DNA from: Anaeramoeba ignava BMAN | Taxonomy: Eukaryota; Protista; Anaeramoebae | Assembly: GCA_028826165.1 (NCBI GenBank) | Contig: JAPDFW010000063.1 | Span: 62,001-126,000, forward strand | DNA length: 64,000 bases | Reading direction: 5' to 3' | Shown here: positions 38,167 to 51,100 of the stretch, one piece after another | Position numbering within the stretch: position 1 is the stretch's first letter | How the letters are laid out: the number at the start of each line of letters is the position of its first letter | The notes under the pieces: model-generated | Seen by the model: only the letters and a program-made list of their open reading frames with translations | The model's database searches: none | What the model was told of the DNA's origin: nothing | Made by a program: the position numbers and the translations under genes

Positions 38167-39099
38167 TTTCCTTTTGTTTTTTTTTTGTTTTTTTTTATGA
38201 TTAAAAAAAAATGAAAATAAAAAAAAATTTTTTTAAAATAATTAAAAAATAAAAAATAAAAAGAAAAAGAATGATTTTTAATTTGTTTTGATTTTCGATT
38301 TTCTTTTATTTCGAATTTTTTTTTTAAAAAGGAGACTTGTCCCCATTTTAATTATTTTAGAAAAAGAGAAATAAAACCAAAAAATAACATTAATTTAAAT
38401 AATAATTTTTTTAATTTTTTTAATTTTTTTAATTTTAAATTTTTTTAAAAGAAAAGGGGAATATAAGAGATTATTCCCAGTTTTTGGAAAAGAATAAATC
38501 TCTATTAAAAAAATTTCCGTTTAAATTTAGTTTTAAATTAAATCCCTTTCCCAATTTTTCCCTGATGAATTGAAAATTTTTGAAGTAAAATACTTATTTT
38601 TTTTTGTTGTTTTTTTTGTTTGTTTTTGGAATGATTTAAAAAAAAAAACAACAAAAGTAAAAGTGAAACAGAAAAAAACAAAAAATCTTATTTTCTGGTT
38701 TTGAATTAAGTTAAAAAATTCAATTTTCCTGTTTCCATTTCTGCTCAATCTCAATTTTTTCAATTTTTTAAAACAAACTTTTTCTTTTTTGTTTTTGATT
38801 TTTCTTTTGCTTTGTTTATTTTTACGTAGTTTTACTCTCTCTTTCTCAAAAAAAAAACGAAATGAAAGAAAAGCAAAAACAAAAAAAAAAAATTTTTAAA
38901 AAAAAAATTTTAAATTATTGGCAAATCGATTTCTTGAGTTTTTTAAATGGGAAAGAAAAAAAAAAAAAAAGATTTGGTTGAAATTTTTTTTATTAGAAAT
39001 TGGTCGATTTAAATTTCATGTAAAAAGAAAAAAAATGAAAAAGAAAAAAAATGAAAAAAAAAAAAAAAGGAAAAAAATAAATTTGAATTTTTTTTGGTT

Positions 39100-39762
39100 T
39101 TAATCAGAATCATCATCATCTTCATCTTCATCTTCATCATCTTCATCATTATCATCTTTATCATCATCTTCATCATCTTCATCATCTTCATCGTCTTCAT
39201 CTTTATCATCTTTATCATCTTTATCATCTTCATCTTCATCATCATCTTCATCTTCATCTTCATCTTCATCTTCATCTTCATCTTCATCTTCATCTTCATC
39301 TTCATCTTCATCATTATCATCTTCATCTTCATCTTTATCATCTTTATCATCTTTATCATCTTTATCATCTTTATCTTCATCTTCATCATCTTCATCATCT
39401 TCATCATCTTCATCTTTATTTTTATTATTATTTTTATTATTTTTATTATTATTAGATTTAGATTTAAATTTAGATTTAGATTTAGATTTAGATTTAGATT
39501 TAGATTTAGATTTAGATTTAGATTTAGATTTATGTTTAGATTTATGTTTAGATTTATGTTTAGGTTCATCTTCAATTTCATCTTCAGTTTCATCTTCATC
39601 TCCATTTGGTTCAATTTTTTCTTGTGACTCAAAAGTTTCAATGTTGGTTATTAAATCTTGAATTGCTTTTCTTCTTTTTTGTTCTTCTGTATCTTCAAAT
39701 GTCCAAGTTGTTATTTTTTTTGCAAATTCTTCTTTTTGAAAAGGAATTATAAGAAAAGACAT
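39100..39762 (-). CDS. Low-complexity protein: short unique N-terminus, (SK)n basic tract, about 105-aa Asp/Glu tail
   Basis: ATG at 39762 preceded by TTTTCATTTT and AAAA like other genes here; open frame to TAA. Confidence 0.55.
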   Translation of the reverse strand: MSFLIIPFQKEEFAKKITTWTFEDTEEQKRRKAIQDLITNIETFESQEKIEPNGDEDETEDEIEDEPKHKSKHKSKHKSKSKSKSKSKSKSKSKSKSKFKSKSNNNKNNKNNNKNKDEDDEDDEDDEDEDKDDKDDKDDKDDKDEDEDDNDEDEDEDEDEDEDEDEDEDEDEDDDEDEDDKDDKDDKDEDDEDDEDDEDDDKDDNDEDDEDEDEDDDDSD

Positions 39763-39843
39763 TTTAAAAAAAAAAGGAAAAAAAGGAAAAAATGGAAAAG
39801 GAAAAATGAAAAATGAAAAAAGGAAAAAAATGATTTTTGAAAA

Positions 39844-40416
39844 TTCCACTTTTTATATTTTTAAATAATAAAATATTTAGATCTAAAACAATAAATTATT
39901 ATTTTAATAATAAAATTAAATATTAAATTATATTTTTAAATTAATTTATAAATTAAATATTAAATTAAATCTATTTCCATTTTTTATATTTATATGTTAA
40001 ATATTTAAATAATAAAATATTTAAATCTAAAACATTAAATTATTATTTTAATAATAAAATCAAATATTAAATTATATTTTTGAATTAATTTATAAATTAA
40101 ATATTAAATTAAACCTATTCTTATTTTTTATATTTTTATGTTAAATATTTAAATAATAAAATATTTAAATCTAAAACATTAAATTAATATTTTAAACATA
40201 AAATTAAATACTAAATTATATTTTTAAATTAATTTTTAAATTAAATATTAAATTAAATATATTCTCATTTTTTATATTTATATGTTAAATATTTAAATAA
40301 TAAAATATTTAAATCTAAAACATTAAATTATTATTTTAATAATAAAATTAAATATTAAATTATATTTTTAAATTAATTTATAAATTAAATATTAAATTAA
40401 ATCTATTTCCATTTTT
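39844..40416. repeat. 144-bp tandem repeat, about 4 units (left array)
   Basis: ATCTAAAAC recurs at 39881, 40025, 40169, 40313. Confidence 0.92.
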
Positions 40417-40745
40417 TATTGATTTTGATTATTAAATTTGTTAATTAATAAATCAAATAAATTTGGATTTGTTTGATTTAATTGAAAATAATCAATTCCT
40501 CTTTCAATTTCATTAATGATTTCTTGTGTAATTTCAATTCCATCTTTAATTTGATTTGAATAAATCCAATATTCAAATATTTGAAATGATTTATTACTTA
40601 ATTCACTATAGTCTGTAACTTTATTAGAAGTATCATTTGTAACAGATAAAAACATTCCTCGATATAATTCACTTCTCATTATTAATATTAATTTAGGAAA
40701 TTTATATTGTTTTTCTTTTCTTTCAATTATAAAATCTTTTTCATT
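40416..40745 (-). pseudogene. Isolated 3' fragment (second BTB) of an RCC1-BTB array-type gene
   Basis: NEKDFIIERKEKQYKFPKLILIMRSELYRGMFLSVTNDTSNKV..NKFNNQNQ* is near-identical to the array C-terminus; no upstream homology. Confidence 0.9.
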
Positions 40746-40892
40746 AATTTATTTCAAAAATGGAATAAAGAATATTAAATAATTAAATTTAAAATTAATT
40801 CTATTTTTTATATTTTATTAACATTTCTTTATTTAAAATAATATAAAATTATTCCCAATAATTTTAATAAAAATTTTAATTAAAGAAAATTG

Positions 40893-41392
40893 AAATATTT
40901 TAATAAATATAAATATTTAATTTTAATAATATTTAATAATAATTTAATTTAAATTTATTTTATTTTAATTTGATATAATATTTTTATTTATTATATTAAT
41001 ATTTTTAATTATTTATTATTTAATAATTTTTAATTATAATAAAATATATTAAAAAGTGGAATAAATATTTTAATAAAGATATTTATTTAATTTTAATAAT
41101 ATTTAACAATAATTTAATTTAAATTTATTTTATTTTTAATTTTAATATAATATTTTTATTTATTAAATTAATATTTTTAATTATTTATTATTCCAACTTT
41201 AATTATAATAAAATATATTAAAAAGTGGAATAAATATTTTAATAAACATAAATATTTAATTTTAATAATATTTAATAATAATTTAATTTAAATTTGTTTT
41301 AATTTAATTTGATTTAATATTTTTATTTATTAAATTAATATTTTTGATTATTTATTATTTTAATTTTAATTATAATAAAATATATTAAAAAA
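40893..41392. repeat. About 169-170-bp tandem repeat, about 3 units
   Basis: AAATATTTTAATAAA starts at 40893, 41063, 41232; AAAAGTGGAATAAA recurs 169 bp apart (GTGGA at 41056, 41225). Confidence 0.8.
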
Positions 41393-41864
41393 TAAAATTA
41401 AAAAATTAAAAAATTTTAAATAAATTGAATTTAACATGATTGAATAAGATAAACTTTCTAAAAAAATAATTTACTAATTATTCTATTTTTTGATTTTGAT
41501 TATAATTTATTAATATTTAAATATTAATTAATAATAAATTTTATTTGATTTTTTTTATTTTAATATTTTAATTAATGAATTTAAATTTAATTATTATTAA
41601 TTTCTATTTTCAATTTTTATTTTTATTTATTATATTAAAAATATTCAATTTTTTAAAATTTATTATTTTTTTTTTTTGGATTATTTTTTATTAATTAAAT
41701 TTTTAATAAATATTTTAAATTAAAATTAAATTATTTAAAATTAAATTTGTTTCTTATTTATTATTTTAAAGAAATTAATTTGATTAAAAGTAAATTAAAA
41801 TTGAATTAAATTTTGAAAAAAAAATTAAAAAAAAAAGTTTGATTTTCTTATTATTAATTAATTT

Positions 41865-43607
41865 TTAAATGAAATAAGTTTCAAGTTCATCAACAACCCA
41901 TGAAGTATAAGAACCAGCTAAATAACTTTTAGCTTCATTTGTTCCATAAGTAATTCCATTAGGTAGATTATAACTATAACCAAAATTTGAACCACCAGGT
42001 TGTAAATTAGATTCTAAATAAAAATCACCAGTATAACCATTATTATATTCACCAAATAATGGACCATAACTTAAATTAGAACAAATTGCACGACCTTTGC
42101 CATTATATGTAAACTTTGCAGGTATTCTATCTCCTTTATCATTTCTTAATGAAAAAATAAATGCACTTGAGTCTTTAATGTCTCCTTTATCTCCATTAAA
42201 TCCAACTTGAGTAAAACCTCCAAAAATAAAATTTTGTATTGTTTTGATAATAACTAATGTTTTTCCTTTCCCATCAACTGCTTTATGCCAATTTTGAGGA
42301 GAAAATCCATCTCTTTTTGCTGAAAATCCTTTTTTCATTTTAGAAAAAAAATCATTATCATTTATCCATTCTTGTAATTTCTTAACATATTCAATATCTT
42401 GAACAATTTCTGAATCTGAAAATTGAGGAAAATTCTTTTTGATTTCTTCCAATTTCTTTTGGATTTCTTCAAATTCTTTTTCATATTTATCAAAAACAGG
42501 TTTCATTTTCTCGATTTCTTTCTTCCATTTCTCTTCAATTTCAATTTTCATTTGTTGATTTTCTTTCTCTTTGTTTTCAATTTCTTTCTTCCATTTCTCT
42601 TCAATTTCTTTGTTTTTATTTTCAATTTCTTTGTTTTTATCCTCAATTTCTTTGTTTTTATTCTCAATTTCCTTTTGATTCTTTTCAATTTCTTTATCTT
42701 TATCTTCAATTTCAATTTTCATTTGTTGATTTTCTTTTTGATTATCTTGAATAACTTTGTTTTGAATATCAACTAAAAAAGATTTGGGAAAAAAATCAAA
42801 TTGTTTTAATTTATCAAAATCTTGTTTTGAAATTGAATCTTTATCAAATAATGAAAAAAAAGAATGAAATAATCTTTTCTTTTCAATTCCTTTTTCTTTT
42901 TCTTTTTCTTTTTCTTTCTTTCCTTTTAATCTTTGATTTCTTTTTTCAATCCAATTATTTAAAAATTGAAAAAAATCAAATTGAAAAATTTCTTTTTTTT
43001 CTTGTTTAAATTGAATAAATTTGATAATTTCTTCTTTAGTTAAATTGAATAAATTTTCATTATTCTGAATTTGGGAAAAATTTTGATTTATTAATTCAAA
43101 ACATTTTATTTCAATTTCATTTGAATTTAAATTTCGATTTTGGAATAAAAATTGGAAAAAATTTGAATAATTAATTGAATTTGAAATTTTTTTTTGAATA
43201 ATTTCTTTCAATAAATTTAATTTAAAATAAATTGAAATTTCTAATAATTGAATAAGATTTTCTTGATTCTCAAAAGAAATATTTCCATAATAAATATAAC
43301 TCAAAATTGATTCCATTTCTTTTTTATTAAATTGATTTAAAGAAATAGAAAGAGATTCTTGCCTTAATGACTCATTAAAAAAAGGAGATCTTGAAGATAA
43401 AATTGATTTATGAACTTTAATTTCAAAAGGATTTGATTTATTCTCAACAAAAATTGAAAAATCTTTAAATGAATTTCCATTTAAAAGGTTTGAATAATCT
43501 TTAATTAAATTTTTTGTTACTTTTTTTTCTAAATTTTTCATTTCATTTTCATTTTCATTTTGATTTGCATTTTCAATTTGGTTATTATTATTATTATTAT
43601 TATCCAT
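41865..43607 (-). CDS. BTB-BACK / coiled-coil / TLDc protein, intronless
   Basis: FKDFSI..IKVHKSILSSRSPFF (BTB); EIENKNK heptads; AKRDGFSPQNWHKAVDGKGKTLVIIKT..FIFGGFT, AFIFSL, YGPLFG, VDELETY (TLDc). Confidence 0.92.
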   Translation of the reverse strand: MDNNNNNNNQIENANQNENENEMKNLEKKVTKNLIKDYSNLLNGNSFKDFSIFVENKSNPFEIKVHKSILSSRSPFFNESLRQESLSISLNQFNKKEMESILSYIYYGNISFENQENLIQLLEISIYFKLNLLKEIIQKKISNSINYSNFFQFLFQNRNLNSNEIEIKCFELINQNFSQIQNNENLFNLTKEEIIKFIQFKQEKKEIFQFDFFQFLNNWIEKRNQRLKGKKEKEKEKEKGIEKKRLFHSFFSLFDKDSISKQDFDKLKQFDFFPKSFLVDIQNKVIQDNQKENQQMKIEIEDKDKEIEKNQKEIENKNKEIEDKNKEIENKNKEIEEKWKKEIENKEKENQQMKIEIEEKWKKEIEKMKPVFDKYEKEFEEIQKKLEEIKKNFPQFSDSEIVQDIEYVKKLQEWINDNDFFSKMKKGFSAKRDGFSPQNWHKAVDGKGKTLVIIKTIQNFIFGGFTQVGFNGDKGDIKDSSAFIFSLRNDKGDRIPAKFTYNGKGRAICSNLSYGPLFGEYNNGYTGDFYLESNLQPGGSNFGYSYNLPNGITYGTNEAKSYLAGSYTSWVVDELETYFI

Positions 43608-44011
43608 TTTGTTTGTTTGTTTTTGTTTTTGTTTTTTGTGTTTTTGTTTTTTAAAAAAAAAAGGAAAAAAATGAAAAAAAAAATTTAAAAAAAAATGAAT
43701 AAAAAAAGTGGATTTTGAAAATAAATAAAAATATAAAAAATAAGAATAAATTTAAATTAATAATTAATTTAATTTTCTTTTTAATTTATTATTTTAAAAT
43801 AATTTATTAATAAATTATTATTATTTTTTATTAATTTTCTTTATTAAAAAAAAAAGGAAAATTATTTTAATTTAATTTTTAATTTAATTTTTTTTTTGGA
43901 ATTTAAAAATTATTAATAAATTTAAATTTTAAAACAAATTTCCAAATTAATATTAATTCAATTTAATTCAAAAAAAAAGATAAAATTTTAATTTGAAAAA
44001 TCAATTTTCAA

Positions 44012-45149
44012 AATATTTTTAAATAATAAAATATTTAAATCTAAAACATTAAATTATTATTTTAAACATAAAATTAAATATTAAATTATATTTTTAAATT
44101 AATTTATAAATTAAATATTAAATTAAATCTATTCTTATTTTTATATTTATATGTTTAATATTTAAATAATAAAATATTTAAATCTAAAACAATAAATTAT
44201 TATTTTAATAACAGAATTAAATATTAAATTATATTTTTAAATTAATTTATAAATTAAATATTAAATTAAATCTATTCTCATTTCTTATATTTATATGCTA
44301 AATATTTAAATAATAAAATATTTAAATCTAAAACATTAAATTAATATTTTAATAATAAAATTAATGATTAAATTATATTTTTAAATTAATTTATAAATTA
44401 AATATTAAATTAAATCTATTCTTATTTTTATATTTATATGTTTAATATTTAAATAATAAAATATTTAAATCTAAAACATTAAATTATTATTTTTAATAAT
44501 AAAATTAAATATTAAATTATATTTTTAAATTAATTTTATAAATTAAATATTAAATTAAATCTATTCTCATTTTTTATATTTATATGTTAAAGTAATTAAA
44601 TAATAAAATATTTAAATCTAAAACATTAAATTATTATTTTAAACATAAAATTAAATATTAAATTATATTTTTAAATTAATTTATTAATTAAATATTAAAT
44701 TAAATCTATTCTTATTTTTTATATTTATATGTTAAATATTTAAACAATAAAATAATTAAATCTAAAACATTAAATTATTATTTTAATAATAAAATTAAAT
44801 ATTAAATTATATTTTTAAATTAATTTATTAATTAAATATTAAATTAAATTTATTCTCATTTTTTATATTTATATGTTAAATATTTAAATAATAAAATATT
44901 TAAATCTAAAACAATAAATTATTATTTTAATAATAAAATTAAATATTAAATTATATTTTTAAATTAATTTATAAATTAAATATTAAATTAAATCTATTCT
45001 CATTTTTTATATTTATATGTTAAATATTTAAATAATAAAATATTTAAATCTAAAACATTAAATTATTATTTTAATAATAAAATTAAATATTAAATTATAT
45101 TTTTAAATTAATTTATAAATTAAATATTAAATTAAATCTATTTCCATTT
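44012..45149. repeat. 144-bp tandem repeat, about 8 units (right array, same orientation as the left)
   Basis: ATCTAAAAC at 44039, 44182, 44326, 44469, 44616, 44760, 44904, 45048. Confidence 0.92.
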
Positions 45150-45262
45150 CTTTATTATGTTTATTTTGAAAGAAAAAGAAAAAAATTTTTTCTTTTATTT
45201 TTTTCATTTTTTTTTCATTTTTTTTTAATTCTTTTTTGTGATCTTTATTTGCTTTAATTAAA

Positions 45263-46592
<1,330 letters not shown>

Positions 46593-46716
46593 TATTTCAA
46601 TTTTAATTTTCATTTTCATTTTTATTTTAATTTTAATTTTTGAGGAATTTTATTATTTTCATCAAAAATAAAAGAAAAAGTTATTTTTCATTTTTCATTT
46701 TTCATTTTTAATTTTA

Positions 46717-47548
46717 ATGAAAAGAAAAATAAACAAAAAGAACAAAAGAACAAAAATTCCTGAATATCACAACTTGGAATTAAATCTGAATCTTTTTTAT
46801 TCCTGTTATAACTATAACTCAATACTTCTTTTACTTTTTCTTCTTGTAAAAATAAAAAAATAAAATTAAAAAAGAAAAAGTTATTTTTCATTTTTCATTT
46901 TTCATTTTAAAATTTTAATGAAAAGAAAAATAAAACAAAAAGAATTAAAAGAACAAAAATTAAAAATTAAAATTAAAATCAAAAACCATTATCACAACTT
47001 GAAATTAAATCTGAATCTTATTCCATTAATTTAAAATTATAACTTCAATAAAACTTCTTTTACTTTTTTTCTTGTAAAATTAAAATTAAAATTAAAAATT
47101 AAAATTAAAATTGAAATTGATATTGATATTGATATTGAAATTGATATTAAAATTAAAATTTAAATTAAAATCAAAATTAAAATTAAAATTAAAATTAAAA
47201 TTAAAATTAAAATCAAAATTAAAATCAAAATTAAAATTAAAATTGAAATCAAAATTAAAATTAAAATTAAAATCAAAATTAAAATTAAAATTAAAATGAA
47301 AATTAAAATTAAAATCAAAATAAAATTATAATTAAAATTAAAATTCATTTATATAATTAAAATTAAAATTAAAATTAAAATAGGTTTGGAAAACAAAAAC
47401 AATTGTATTATCATTTGTTACACCAGGATCACCACAATTCATTCAAATTTTTGGAATAATTGCATTTCTTGCATTAAGTTTTTTAATTGGATTATATACA
47501 AATCGATTAGTATCTTATGTTGTTCATTCGATTGTTAAAAAGAACTAA
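46717..47548 (+). CDS. Putative small membrane protein (about 97 aa); exons 46717-46845 and 47384-47548
   Basis: Initiator-like motif before the ATG; phase-0 GT/AG join; second exon VWKTKTIVLSFVTPGSPQFIQIFGIIAFLALSFLIGLYTNRLVSYVVHSIVKKN* is hydrophobic and coding-like; family unrecognised. Confidence 0.5.
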
Positions 47549-47643
47549 AAAAAATCCAAAAAAAACATTTTTTTAAAAAAATTTTTTCATTTCAAAATTT
47601 AAAATTCTTGAAGGAAAAAAAATAAAGATTATAAACAACTAAA

Positions 47644-48035
47644 TCATTTAAATTGTTTCAATTTTTGTTCAACTTCTTCTTTTGAAATTCCTTCAAGTAT
47701 TATATGTTTAATTCTTGAACGAGAACCTGATTCTAAAGAAACTGCATTTTTTTTTATTCCAAAAAAATTTGCAATAAAGATTTGCAATTCTATATTTGCT
47801 TTTCCTTCTTTTGGAGGAGCATTAATGGAAATATGAATAGCTTCGTCATCAATAGAATTTATTGTATTGTTTTTTGCGTTTGGGTTATTTGAAGAGTGAG
47901 CATAAGTTCGTTATTTTTTGTTAAATTAATTGGACTTGATTTTTCAGTTAATTTTTCAATTGATTTTTCTTTTAATTTTTCTTTTTTGGATTTTTTATTT
48001 TTTGATTTTAATTTTTTTGATTTTTTTGATTTCAT
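47644..48035 (-). CDS. DUF167 / YggU / UPF0235 family protein (one frameshift near 47885)
   Basis: PNAKNNTI..IHISINAPPKEGKANIELQIFIANFFGIKKNAVSLESGSRSRIKHIIL matches the YggU/C15orf40 pattern; absent from the ORF track. Confidence 0.85.
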
Positions 48036-48081
48036 TTATTTTTTTTAAAAGAGAAAAAAAATGAAAAAAATGAAATTTTAA

Positions 48082-48090
48082 TAACCGTTA
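48082..48090. promoter_or_regulatory. TAACCGTTA, candidate Myb/MSA-type (AACGG) element upstream of kinesin-5
   Basis: Only CG-containing word in the 135-nt divergent DUF167/kinesin-5 spacer. Confidence 0.35.
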
Positions 48091-48170
48091 AAATAAAATA
48101 ATTTAGAAATTAAATTAAAAAAAATTTTTTTCATTCTTCTTTTTTTTTTTATTCTTTTTTAATAACAAAA

Positions 48171-51100
48171 ATGAAAAAAACTAATAAAACAGAAGTTAAT
48201 ATTGAAGTTGTTGCAAGAATTAGACCAGATAATTCCCAAAATTCAAATTCAAATTCAAATTCAAATTCAAATTCAAATTCAAATTCAAATTCAAATTCAA
48301 AATTCAAATTCAAATAATCAAAATTTTGTTGAATCAACTCTTAAAAAAATTTTAATTAAACCTGATCAAAAAAGTCAATCAAAATTTATTTTTGATAGAG
48401 TTTTTGATGAGAATTCTTCACAAATTGAAATTTTTGAAAATATTTTAAGACCAAAAATTATTGATGTTATAAAAGGATTTAATGCAACAATATTTGCATA
48501 TGGACAAACAGGAAGTGTAAAAAATCAAAATCAAAATTAAAATCAAAATCAAAATCAAAATCAAAATCAAAATCAAAATCAAAATCAAAATCAAAATTAA
48601 AATCAAAATCAAAATTCAAATTCAAAATTAAAAATTAAAATCAAAATCAAAATTAAAATCAAAATCAAATTGAAATTGAAAATCAAAATTTAATTCAAAA
48701 TTTAAATCAAAATCAAAATTAAAATCAAAATCAAAATCAAAATTAAAATTAAAATTTAATTCAAAATTAAAATCAAAATCAAAATCAAAATCAAAATCAA
48801 ATTCAAAAGGGAAAAACTTATACTATTATTGGAGGAAATGATCCTAATGAAACACAAACTTTTGGATTAATTCCAAGAGCACTTCATCAAATTTTTCAGG
48901 ATTTACAAAATAGTTATTATGAATTTTCTGTATCAGTTAGTTTTATTGAAATTTACAATGAAGAATTAACGGATTTAATATCAGCAGGAAAAGGAAAAAC
49001 AAAAAAGAAAAAATTGAAAATATTTGAGAATAGTGGAGATTCAAAAGGAATATCAGTAAGTGATTTGGAAAATGTTATTATCAAAACACCTGAAGATGGA
49101 ATGAAAATACTTGAGAAATCTCTTCAAAAAAGAAGAACAGCTGAAACAAAAATGAATAAAGTTTCAAGTCGATCTCATAGTATATTTACTATTTCAACTC
49201 ATACTAAAGAAATAACACAAAATGGTGATGATTTATTCCGTATGGGAAAATTACATCTTGTTGATCTTGCTGGTTCTGAAAATATTAAACGTTCAGGTGC
49301 TGTTGAAATGAGAGCTAGAGAAGCAGGTATTTATTTAATAATATTTATTTAGTATTTAATATTTATTGATTTAATATTTAATATTTAATATTTAATATTT
49401 AATATTGATTTAATATTTAATATTTAATATTTAATATTTAATATTTAATATTGATTTATTATTTAATATTTAATATTGATTTAATATTTAATATTTAATA
49501 TTGATTTATTATTTAATATTTAATATTGATTTAATATTTAATATTTAATATTTAATATTTAATATTTATTTAATATTTATTTAATAATATTTAATATTGA
49601 TTTAATATTTAATATTTAATATTGATTTAATATTTAGTATTGATTTAATATTTATTTAATATTTATATAATATTTAATATTTAATATTGATTTAATATTG
49701 ATTTAATATTTAATATTTAATATTTAATATTTAATATTGATTTAATATTTAATATTGATTTAATATTATTTAATATTTAATATTGATTTAATATTTAATA
49801 TTGATTTAATATTTATTGATTTATTTAATATTTATTTAATATTTAATATTTAATATTTAATATTTAATATTTATTATTTATTTAATATTGATTTAATATT
49901 TAATGTTTTAATATTTATTATTTATTTTATATTTTAATATTTAATATTGATTTAATATTTAATATTGATTTAATATTTAATGTATTTATTATTTAATATT
50001 GATTTAATATTTAATATTGATTTAATATTTATTATTTAATATTTATTATTTAATATTGATTTAATATTTAATATTTATTGATTTAATATTTATTATTTAA
50101 TATTTAATATTGATTTAATATTTAATATTTAATATTTAATATTGATTTAATATTTAATATTTAATATTTAATATTTAATATTGATTTAATATTTAATATT
50201 TATTTAATATTTAATATTTATTTAATATTTAATATTGATTTAATATTTAATATTTATTATTTAATATTGATTTAATATTGATTTAATATTTATTTAATAT
50301 TTAATATTGATTTAATATTTATTTAATATTTATTTAATATTGATTTAATATTTAATATTGATTTAATATTGATTTATTATTATTTAATATTTTTATTATT
50401 GATTTATTTATTTATTTATTATTTAATATTTAATATTGATTTAATATTTAATATTGATTTAATATTTAATATTGATTTAATATTTAATATTTAATATTTA
50501 ATATTGATTTAATATTGATTTAATATTTAATATTTAATATTTAATATTTAATATTCAATATTTAATATTGATTTAATATTGATTTATTATTTAATATTTA
50601 ATATTTATTATTTAATATTTAATATTTAATATTGATTTAATATTTAATATTTATTTAATATTTATTTAATATTGATTTAATATTGATTTAATATTGATTT
50701 AATATTTAATATTTAATATTGATTTAATATTGATTTAATATTTAATATTTAATATTGATTTAATATTTATTTAATATTTATTTAATATTTAATATTTAAT
50801 ATTTAATATTTAATATTGATTTAATATTTAATATTTATTTATTATTTAATAATATTGATTTAGGATTAATCAACAAATCATTACTATCTTTGGGTAGAGT
50901 TATTGATGCCCTAGTCGATAAAAGACCTCATATCCCTTACAGAGAAAGTCATCTAACAAGATTATTACAAGATTCACTAGGAGGAAACTCCAAAACAATT
51001 TTCATTGCAACAATCTCACCATTACACAAAAATTGTGAAGAAACATTAAGCACTTTGAATTACGCATCAAGAGCAAGAAAAATCAAAAACGCTCCTGTTG

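Noticed and set aside
39009-39641. Alternative-frame and antisense ORFs (MKMK.., IFIF..)
   Set aside because: Shadows of the D/E-rich repeat; only the frame starting at 39762 has a start context
39844-45149. CRISPR array or LTR retrotransposon
   Set aside because: Units are contiguous with no unique spacers; no cas, gag or pol; no TG..CA ends or clear target-site duplication
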